A model generated the notes under the pieces. It had not been told where the DNA came from, did not search any database, and was given only the letters and a program-made list of their open reading frames with translations. This document shows, piece after piece, positions 46,923 to 64,000 of a DNA stretch of 64,000 nt; position 1 is the first letter of the stretch; each line of letters begins with the position of its first letter. This stretch comes from Chromera velia (Eukaryota): NCBI GenBank assembly GCA_018398765.1, contig JAHBMJ010000124.1, positions 1 to 64,000 on the forward strand, written 5' to 3'. Position numbers and translations under genes: made by a program.

Positions 46923-48530
46923 CTCGATGTTGCTGGGGAGAAACAGCGACAAGCAGCAGATTTTCTAAACAGAAGATATGAGGGAGTGCCGAAGTTGCTT
47001 GTGAGTCACTCAGTCTGCAGCGGAACACGGAAACGATGGACCGTCATGCATTGACGTTTAATTCATCAGAGAATTATCTATCAATGGAAACGCTGTTCAT
47101 TGATCGGGGAATAAAGGAGTGTCCACCATCTCCCTGTTCCCCTTCTTTAACCATATAAATCAACTTGCAGTGTTTCTCATGTCAGGTGTCTCATTGGTGT
47201 TGTTTGCAGCCATGCAACACGTGTCTCGTTTTGAGACACGGTGTGCATGCCACCGCCACGATATATCCATGTGCCGGCCGCCGCCGGGCCGCCCGCCCAT
47301 GCGCATGCGATCCGATTCGGCGCCGTGTGCGGAACCCTGCGCCGGGCCCGCGGCAGACCACGGCCAGGGCATATACCGCAGGGGCCCAAATAAGCCAAAA
47401 AAAAACGGAAATAATTATAGACTAAACCAAATGCATTGAACATCATTATGACTTAAAAAATTTCTTTTAAAAGTGATTATGACTTGAAAAATTAAAATAT
47501 ATATAAAAGCAACAGAAAGCAAATATTTTCTTCCGGTCTTGTTTTCTTCCTATTTCTTCTACTGCATGAAGTCCAGTACTGATGGTCCAAGTGGCACCTT
47601 TTCAACCCCTTAGTATCAAACAGTTTGTGTCTGTCTATGTCTGTCTTAAAGTAATGCCTTATGCAATGGCTGGTCTGCTTGGTCTAACAGTTTGGATCTG
47701 TCTGAGAGGTTCAGTCTGCAGAAAAAAAGAAAGAAGTAAAAAAACACATAATGTATCAGGCTCTATTTTCTTTTAAACAAAGCATAATAAAAACGGTGAA
47801 CCGCATCTAGCCGCATCTTTAAAACTATATGTCGTACCATGTAATTTAAGTTTTTGTAACAAAACATTACTGTGTGTAACATAATATTTTAAATATTTGA
47901 ATTATATTTCATTATATGATGATCATCGTTGATTCACATCTTTTAAGCTTGATTCTGTTTGTACGATTGCACATTGGGTTAGAAGATGAGTCGTTGGATC
48001 GGTTAACAATGCAGTAGAGTTTTTTGAATGTGGTAAAGTCATCTAAAAAACGAATATGTTCGAAACTCGCAGCTCCAGAGGCCTTTCACGATTGACTTTT
48101 CCCGTTTTGCTTAATCCAGGGGCATTATTTAGTTTGTTTTTGTATCGTGGTTGTTGTATCATCTGCATCGCCCCTGCTCCACAAAAATACCACTGTTTGC
48201 GTCAGTGTGTAACGAACAGCGGGGGGGGTGGTGTGTTTGTTTGTTTGTTTGTTTTGAGTGTTAGTGGTCTTATGGACATGATTGCATCTTTCTAGCACCC
48301 CCCTCTACCTGAATTCTATGTCATTCAATTCTAATAGAGCCTTTTTTAGATTTTTAAGTTTCCTTTCGATCCTCTCATCCTGTTCATCCTCCCTTTATCC
48401 CTCCCTCCACCCGGATTGATGTGAGCAGCTATGCTTCGTCCCTTAATTTCTCACGTGCTTCGTTCATTCTTTGTCCATGGGAAGGAAGGAAGGAAACCTG
48501 GAGGTGGAGTTAAAGGGATCAGTATGCCGT

Positions 48531-55479
<6,949 letters not shown>

Positions 55480-56522
55480 CGTGCTTGCTTGAGTGGCCGA
55501 TTGTGGTGCTATCGATAGGCTGCCCGCTCTTGTGATGTGCTTCACTTGCCTCGAGCAGTTTGCTGTGAGCTGATTGAACCAATGCCACTCTTGGGTCTTT
55601 GTGGTGACCACTGGTATTCGCAGTTTAGCCGGCGGCCTTTATGCACAGTTTCTCCGGACCTCTCAATATTCTTTTGTGCGAAGAATGCCGTTTGCGCTCG
55701 GTATCCGTCAGAGTGCGCGCATGCACGGCGGGAATCAACTGCAAGAACTGTTTTGTCACCGTCTACGGAGACGGCAGATGATCAATGTCAGATCATGTCG
55801 ATCAGATCGATCGTCCGACTTCGGCGGCCTCAGCGGCAGCATGCTGTCGATCGATTGTCCGACGATTGATTGAGCGACCCGTAATCTCAAGTCATCTCAA
55901 GTCTATGATGGCACTGTCTCTCGCTCCTCACTTCACCAGAGGCTGTGCAAATGTCCTCTCCAATGTTCCATGCGTGTCTGCAGTTTCGGCATAGTCAAAA
56001 CAAATCTGGTGTGACGGCATCACTCACTGTCTACCAGACTGAATTTTCTCACCGTGGATGTTCATATCATGTATACAAACGTATAGGTCAATCCTTACTC
56101 ACGGCTGTAGTGTACGGACGTGTCCGCCTTTTGAAGGGCTAACGACCCTGCTTGTACGTGCCGGTACAAGTTTTTGGAAGGGGAAGATTTGAGGTCTTCA
56201 ACCGAGGACGGTGTAAAAATCATCTCTATCACCGAGGTAAGCGCCCTGAATTCTGTTCTTTTTGTTTACCTCGAACGGCCTTGACTCGCGTGCGGGAGAG
56301 ACTGGTCTATTCCCATCAGACAGCGTCAGCATCCGACCCAACTTCGTGATCGTCCGGTAGCTATAGTTGTGGAAGGCTGTTGGATCGAAACAAATAGATA
56401 TTTTGATGCTTTGCCAGTGGTCTGGCGTGCCATATAAATGTATGTGATTGATCTGTTTGAACTTGTGTTCATGAACCCCCTTTTCTGTTGACCTCTATCT
56501 CTGTCTTCTTTCGTGTATGCAG

Positions 56523-57511
56523 AGTGCAACACGCGAATTACAGATCGAAGAGAAAAACCGTTGAAGCCAATGGCGCTTCCAGAGAAGCACACAGAAAAAG
56601 AAAAAGAAGAGTCTGCCCCAATGGGCAGATGTGTGCACGGGAAGACGGCAGTCTTCCCGGAAGAATTAGAGCTTGGTGAGGACTTTGTGAGATCGAAAAA
56701 GCTGTACACAGAGGTTTTTTTTGTAGACGAATCGGAAACAGGGCAGGGGACGAGGCGGCGTGTCCTTTTGGGGATGAAGAAGAGGGGGTTTAAGGAGGGG
56801 ATGCTGTTTGGGTTTGGGGGCAAGGTGGAAAAGTCGGATCTCTCGATTGGGGGGGCAGCGAAGCGAGAGGTGATGGAGGAGTGTGGACTGATTGTCTCTG
56901 CTGACACTGATTCTCCTGCAGAGAGAGAAGGTCAGAGTGAGAGTGTGAAGGAAGGCTTGAATGAAGGATCAAAAGAGGACGTGAAAGAAAGCGAAGAGAA
57001 AAAGTCGAAAGAGTCCGACTTGAAGTCTGACAGTGAAGTTATTCAACTCGAAAAAGTTGGCGTTGTCTTTGTGAGATTCCCAGAGAAGTCCCTGGAGATC
57101 CACGCCTTCCGGGGCCGACTGCCTTCCAGGGCGCTCGACAGAGAAGCAGCACCACCGACAGAGGCACTGAAAAGCCCCGAAAAGACTCTTGCGTCTGTTG
57201 AGGAGAAGACTGTGACTGAAGAGTCAAGGGGATGCAGTGAGAAGAGACCCTCAGTCACTCAACAGGAGCCGCAAGAGACGGAAGAAATGAGGCCGCAGTG
57301 GTTTGAGGAAGCAGAAGTGCCCTGGGACCTTTGTTTGCCTAGTGTTAGGCTCTGGCTCCCCTTGGCCTTTTCAGGCACACGCTTTGTCTGTGCGTTCCGG
57401 CTTGGCAAGCAAGACGAGGTTGTTTGGAAAAGCATTCGAAGTGGTTTCTCGGCAGAGGCATTGCTCGAACAGCAGGAGGCTGCGGAAAGAGATCCAGACA
57501 GAAGACATTGA
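56523..57511 (+). CDS. NUDT1: Nudix hydrolase, MTH1/NUDT1 (oxidised purine dNTP sanitiser)-like; 5' end uncertain
   Basis: KLYTEVF, RVLLGMKKRGF...FGFGGKVE...AAKREVMEECGL (Nudix box), LEKVG, EIHAF, EPQETEEMRPQWF...VPWD...WLPL follow the MTH1 motif order with two insertions. Acceptor tatgcag at 56522; alternative ATG at 56570. Confidence 0.8.
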
Positions 57512-59748
57512 TTTTAACGGGAAGTTAGAAGTTCGGTTTGGAAGGGATATGCACTGGCATGAGAAACCGAGAATCAAGGATTTTCTTGAAAATTGTGCTT
57601 CATGTTGGGTTCTAAAATACTGTTGGGGCTTTTGAGTTGTAATAATTAATGTACATTCGTCCGACATCCGGCTTCCAATGAAAACGTCTAGTCTAGCGTC
57701 TACTAGTATTTATTTACTAATATTAAAACGTATGAGACCTCCTTAGCTGCATGGCCGCCGGCATGCAGAGGTCTAGCGGCTCTAGCCTGTGCTGTTAAAG
57801 TGTTAAATTTAAAATTTAAATCACTTAACTCAAGTTATTTTTTATTTTATTTTAGTTAGCATTTTAGAATATTTCCATTAAGATTTTAGCTATTACTTAA
57901 CTTTTTCTTCTTTCTTTTATAATTCTAACCTCCGGCAGTGGAGTCTGCTAGGGAGTCTGAGTGGACCATGGGTAAAACCCGGAACATTACTAGGAACATT
58001 TAAGTAATGCTATGCTATATGCAGCCTGTACTAAAGCCCCGCAAAGTCAGATGCGTGGGCATGATCTGAAATAACATGCGTTGTCACTTGATGCCCCTCT
58101 TTCCCCCCACACCCTAGCCTACCCCCCTCAATCGATCATCGACTTCGTTTCTGCAGCTTCATATTATACTATAACATAGTTTTTTCTAAACGTTTTTAAC
58201 ATATGAAATAACTTTAAACAAAGCCTAGTATTAAAGTTATAATTAAACGTACATAATCAGCATGTTTAGTTTAGCTAGTAGTGCTTAAGCGCTACATAAA
58301 ACCTCTTAACAACTTATAGATCGTTCATAGCATAGGTGGTCCAAATTTTTGGTTTGGAGCTCCAAAGAGTCCAAACGCTTTTTGGAGATCTCCATAGCTC
58401 CAAACCATCTCCATCATATTAAGGAGATCATTGGTATCATTGAGCAATCAGTTAACCAACGATCTACTTCTGCAAATAACAATCTTGTTGATATTCTGTC
58501 CACACACAAACACGTACTTCAGGCCCACGGAGGCATCTACCAATTGAGGTTCACACGCCCTTCCATTCACACGGGATTGCAGCAGATGGAGAGATTGTCA
58601 AATCAGCATATGGTGTGAGAGAACAGAGGGCCGGGAGGAAGAAGGGATGAAAGGCTTGTAGAAGAAAGGAACGCAACGCAAGAAGGGAGGTCTTAACATT
58701 ACTGTTCTGCTCAAAAAGATTTGTCAGACTTGATGCGTGCATGGGACACGAGACAGGAACATTCAAATTCAAATTGAAGGCTCGAAGAAGACTGACAACA
58801 GCACATGTTCGAAAACCTCTCAGTCGTCTTCTTTTCTTTCCACGAACTCCAAACATCTGCTTTTCGCTCCCACTGATTTCCATTTCGTTTCCTTTGTTTT
58901 TGGTTGCCAGTTGTTGAGGCTTCTCCTTCTCAGACTGAGAGAAAGACGGACAGCCTCTTGATGATTCGAGTTTCATTCTTCCACTCTCGTCCATACTGCT
59001 GTGTTTCGCTTTTCTTTTCATAAATTTGTTTTTCTTTCCCCCTTCTTATTCACTTTTCTGTGAAGCAAGCTCTAAGCCAGTGTAGCCTCTGAGTCAAAAC
59101 CAAAGAAGAATAGAAAAAAGGGCAACAAACAGGCAGACGCCATAGTGAGGTTGTTGGCACAGAGAGAAACACTCCTGTCTACATTCATTTGTTTTTCTCT
59201 GCCTTCCCATTCCTGACGAGTTTCTTTCTTTCTTTCTTTCTTTCTTTTCATTTCTTTTATTCCTTGTACTGATTGAAAGAATCTGAGTACAGCTTGATAT
59301 CTTTCGATCGAAATCAAAAAGACGGAAAAAGTGCCAAAAACGCAAGGACTGATAGAGACGAATGGATGCATTACGTTAAATAGAAAGAAGCACTCTACCA
59401 CTGACAATCAATCGAGATCGAGACCACAAACAGCGATAACTGGTATTCCTCGATTGATGTTTCATTCCTTGTCCCCATGCTTGCACGCGTGCAATCCAGC
59501 TAGTGAGATGAAACATACAGCAGCCAGAAAAAAGGAACGCATTGCATTCCTGTTCCCAAACCGACACCTGTTCGTCCCACACGCATGCCCCCGTGACCTA
59601 AAAAGGTCAACCCCAATCAATCAAATTTCCTCTTTTTCTTTCCTTTTCCACGTCTTTTCCCTCCCCACCAATTGAGTCCCACAGACAAGCCCAAAAGGAA
59701 GCTGCATCTCAAAACCGACCACCCGACCACTGCAAGCATGCAACCCCT

Positions 59749-61310
59749 TCAACCGTGAGGCTTCCACACCCACTGTTGGTCGAATGCAGGGAAGCCGACA
59801 CGAAAAGCTTCTCTCATCAGCGGATCATTCCCACCCGGAATGGAACACACTGCTGACTCACCATTCAATTGTACAACTCCTTCTTTCACGATGTTCTCCC
59901 TCTTGACCAACAGAGTCTGAGACTGAGGCGGAGATGCAGCGTTGCTGTCTGCAGCGTCGGCCTCTAGGCGGACTGCAAACCTGACAGGGATAGGGGGGCC
60001 TGTCAGCCCCCGGCCACCCGCCGCAGTCGGGGACGGAGGAGCCAGGCCGTGTTGAAAAGAGGGGCCAAGCACCGTAGCGTGCTTTCCGTTGAGGCTGGGC
60101 GTATTCTTCAGGCCGTCAAGACGCACACGGTCACCGACGGTCAGACGACGCTCGAAGAATTTGAGGATTGAGTGGCCACACGGGCACCTTGGGTCCTTGC
60201 ACCATTCGCCGATCCTCTGCACAATCAGAGAGACGGCTACTCTGAAGACGAAAAGTCTGCGATGCGCCTCTTTGACAAACAGAGGCCACACTTTGTGTGC
60301 AGCAGTGAAGGTGGCGGCTTCAAAAGCCAGGAGAAAACCCTCAAGATGCTGCTCAGCGGGGAGGTACTTGAGGTAAGTGCCCGGACGATGCCACGCGATC
60401 TCATACTCCGACCCTGCAAGAGCTAGAGGAGACAGAAAATAGGGAGACGACTTCCAACACTTCAGCGCGGCCTCCAACGCAAGCTCGGACACAGGCCTGC
60501 TGCTGACCCCCTCATCGCTAGAGCCCTTGCACAGAAGCACATAGTCGTACTTCTCTGACATCATCGCACTGGACCTCCAGCTGCTGCCCAATTCCTCACT
60601 TTTCAGAATGTTCACTCCGAGAGAGGTCAAAACAATCTTTGTCGACTCAATCTCTTTGCGCAAGCAGACAACCACGAAGCGAACTTTCTGGTCTCTCAAA
60701 TGGGCAATCACGGGAGCCCAGGAGAAGAGGAAACAGCTCGCAAGACCAGGCAGCACGAGGACTGCTAGGTCTGGATCTGTATACTCGGGAAGGGAAGGCT
60801 GATGAAATCTTGGTAGAGGCCCGGCACGGCAAGGATTTTTTGGCCGTCTCTGTGCTGTACTTCCCCCCACAGATCTGCTAGCGGGCAGACACCAAGGTTC
60901 TCGACGCTCGCTTGATAGGCGTCGGCTTCCCATGTGCCCAGGTCCCGCGACGTCTTTTCGGCTTCTTCTTCAAGGCGAAACACCATTTTATCACCATTCG
61001 CTACAGCAGCCTGCTCGAGGCTTGTCCCACAAAGGACTTCTGGGCAGAGCGGAGACATGGCCAGGCCCACGAGGACAACCTCATTCCAGGGGACTTTCTG
61101 GAAGGGCATGAAGACCTCGAGACGTTTGCCTGCTCCGAGAAAGTGCACGGAGCCCGAATAATCAGGAACCCCCGAGTCTGCAATGAAAGATTCCAGCTTT
61201 CCCCATAGCTCGGCAGCATCTCTGCTGCGCACCATTCACGTCATGCGCACATCAATATCCACAGACTCTCCGGACGCTCTGGTCCCCCCTGTCTCGCAAG
61301 TCCCGTTCAT
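59749..61310 (-). pseudogene. Intronless MSS51/ZMYND15 C-terminal-domain-like gene disrupted by an in-frame TGA and a 5-bp duplication
   Basis: aaaaATG at 61310; TGA at 61238-61236. VHFLGAG..LE...VVLVG and GLYQDF lie in one frame; EYTDPDLAVLVLPGL...SW and an SH3-like GDRVRLDGLKNTPSLNGKHATVL lie in another. Removing one copy of GGGAA (60787-60796) restores ...DFISLPEYTDPD. Confidence 0.65.
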
Positions 61311-62519
61311 TTTTCAATCGGGAGACGGCTTCCTCAGAAAAAGAGGAGACACAGTCGAACAACGCCCGATCAAAAAGCAAAGGTCTCTGCCCACATGCGC
61401 CTCTCTCGATCTTTCAGGAGCGTGCGGATCGAAATTCGACTCATGCATACCTGTCAACCCGAAAAGGAAGTTCGAAGCAAGAGGAGAGAGAAAGAGATAG
61501 AGAGAGTTATAGGGAGAGTGATTTAAGGCGAGAGGTCCGCGCGGGCGGCCCAAGTTCTCGATCGCGGCCGGGGCGCGGGCCGGCGAGTTAAGTCAGCTGA
61601 TATGTGCGTGTGTTTCAAAGTCTGTGGGACAGAGTGTATGTATATGCATATGCAGGATACCACTTCCACAGGCTCCAGTGGCATGCCGGGGCCCAGCAAA
61701 AAATCGTCTGGACCAAAGCCTCTTAGTATTAATCCTCAGGGCCATCTTACAAAAAGACTGTGTGGAGTCTGGACGATGAAAGTGGAAAGACTATCATGCA
61801 AACAGATAGAAAGATGGAAGTGGAGAGTTCGTTATTCAAGCATGAAAAATGAAAGTGAAGAGAAGTTTAATGTTTGCGTGTTTATCTTCATAGATGGGAG
61901 TTCTGGTTTGTTCTTATACTATTCCACAACCATTCATAACTCTTCAAACCACTTTAAGTTCTATCATTTTTTTTTTTTAGTTTTTTATCTATCTTTATCA
62001 AAAGTGTTCAAAATTTGGTAAATTACCCATAGTGGTACATAAATTGTAACTGAAATTACGTAAGTTTACACATTTTTTTTTCTTTTGTTTCTATCTCTAA
62101 TTTTATATGTCCAACTGCAAATGAGGCTTTGAATAAACGTAAGTCTTTTCGGTTTTCCTACTAAATCTCTCTCCAACAAGAATTTTACAGAAACGTAAAC
62201 TCACAATGTATTACTATGGTGAATATATTAAAAATTCTGCTAGAAATTCCTTGTGACTCGGAGGAAGTCTTTGTTGTTTTTTGTTCAAATGTTATAAACT
62301 TCATCCTCCATCCTCCTCCAAATGATTCTGATTTAAATTTCACATTTTAGGAAGGAAAACATTCTTTGTGGTCTAGGAAAAGCCAGCATCCAAGCATATG
62401 AAAACAGAAAAGAAAACTAGAGAAATAAAACTGGAACAGACGTCAGGCTGAGCTTTTGTACGGAATTATCAATCAGACGAGATTTAGAGCATATTGTTTG
62501 TTCCAATAAGGGGTCATAC

Positions 62520-63600
62520 ACGCAGACAGACAAGAAAGATGAAGACTGAAAGGTCGTTATATGAGGAGACAGGGAAGATGAAAGTGAAGCGGACTTTCTG
62601 CAAGCAGACGGGCTAGCAAATAGGATGAGGCCCTTAACACGCAGACAGGAAAGATGAAAGCTAGCGGAAAGTAGTCATGCAAGCCGGTAAGATAGACAAA
62701 AGTGGAGAGTCGTCATGTTCGACAGCGCACGACAGAAGAAAGTAGAGACCCACCAAGCAAGCAAAAAAGAAAGATGGGAATATGAAAGTGGAGAGGCCGT
62801 CGTGCAAGAAGAAAGAAAGAAAGATGGAAGTGAAGAGGCCGTCATACAAACAGACAGAGAGACGGAAGTGGAGAGGCCATCATACAAATAGACAGAAAGA
62901 TGAAAGTGAAGAGGCCGTCGTGCAAGAAGACAGAACGATTAAAGTAGAGAGGCCGTCATACAAACAGACAGAAAGATAGAAGCGGAGAGGCCATCGTGCA
63001 AATAGACAGAAAGATGGAAGTGGAGAGGCCGTCATGCAAACAGACAAAAAGATGGAAGTGGAGAGGTCGTCATGCAAACAGACAGAAAGATGGAAGTGGA
63101 AAGGCCGTCGTGCAAACAGACAGAAAGACGAAAGTGGAGAGGCGCCATGCAAACAGAAGATGGAAGTGGAGAGGCGCCATGCAAATCGACAGAAAGATGG
63201 AAGCGGAGAGGCGCCATGCAAACAGACAGAAAAATGAAAGTCGAGAGGCCGTCACACAAACAGACAGAAAGATGAAAGTGGAGAGGCCGTCATGCAAACA
63301 GACAGAAAGACGAAAGTGGAAAGGCCGTCATGCAAACAGACAAAAAGATGGAAGTGGAGAGGCTGTCGTGTAAAACAGACAGAAAGATGAAAGTAGAGAG
63401 GCTGTCATGTAAAGAGACAGAAAGATAAAAATGAAAAGGCCGTCACGCAAACAGACAGAAAGATGAAAGTGGAGAGGCCACCATGTAAATAGACAGAAAG
63501 ATGAAAGTGGAGAGGCCGTCATGCAAACAGACAGAAAGATGGAAGTAGAGAGGCCGTCATTCAAGCAGGAAGGGTGAAAGTGGAGAGAAGTTCAACGTCT
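62520..63600. repeat. ~38-bp minisatellite (GAAAGATGRAAGTGGAGAGGCCGTCATGCAAACAGACA)n
   Basis: More than 20 degenerate tandem units; a short diverged copy at ~61773-61906. Confidence 0.93.
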
Positions 63601-64000
63601 GCATGTTTATCTTCATATAGGACTTCTGGCCTGAAGATTTGATCTTCTCACCACGTGTTCAGACAGAAGCTTGATTAAACTATGTATGCAGAGTTCGTAG
63701 CAAGGTCAGTCAAAAAACTGCTGCTTAGCTGTATACACAGACGCAGGATTGACTGCAAATTTGGACCTACTGGTGGGCCTGTTACCTCCATCCTGCAGAT
63801 GTACAGGAGAATATGCACTGTGTCTGTCCCATACCAGTTCTTTTTTGCCATCGAAGATCCTATAGCTTAATTGAATGCATTGGATCGATCTTGTGCCGTG
63901 CACTGCGCCGTCCCACACATATTGCTTGAGGGGCACGTTTCTCTCTGCATGTTGTGCGGAGGGATGGATTGTTTTCTCGCAATCGTTCGCACGGAGGCCG

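Noticed and set aside
57735..57776. Hairpin followed by CTAG as a Helitron 3' end
   Set aside because: Not followed by T and no matching 5' TC end was identified; evidence insufficient.
61236..61238. In-frame TGA as selenocysteine
   Set aside because: No redox-motif context, no SECIS that I could recognise, and the gene has an independent frameshift.
62661..63564. Multiple short repetitive ORFs, or a CRISPR array
   Set aside because: Degenerate 38-bp minisatellite without a repeat-spacer structure.

Overview
Eukaryotic, intron-rich genomic DNA with two assembly gaps. Introns are full of microsatellites and the genes are separated by AT-rich intergenic islands. A gene with several apicomplexan-type AP2 domains, together with the intron style, suggests a chromerid alveolate such as Chromera velia (inference). 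Spliced genes I reconstructed by hand: the 5' part of a hypothetical gene (-), GPATCH3-like (+), a 4-domain ApiAP2 factor (-), KATNAL2-like katanin p60 AAA ATPase (+), a phospholipid scramblase (-), a coiled-coil/acidic protein (+), a spliced pseudogene (-), a NUDT1/MTH1-like Nudix hydrolase (+) and a disrupted MSS51/ZMYND15-like gene (-). The most striking feature is invisible in the ORF track: a putative micro-exon gene at 55479-48531 (-). It has a signal-peptide exon followed by about 13-15 internal exons of 6-57 nt, all multiples of 3 and phase 1-1, encoding a roughly 160-aa Pro-rich secreted protein in an architecture like schistosome MEGs. Also present are a 6x102-bp array that parses as a 30-nt symmetric exon plus a hairpin intron, several MITE families (one with CTAGGC termini and 8-bp TSDs), signs of C>T/G>A decay in repeats and pseudogenes, and a recurrent GGCCCCGGAAA promoter motif. 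All gene models come from reading the sequence and have no transcript support.
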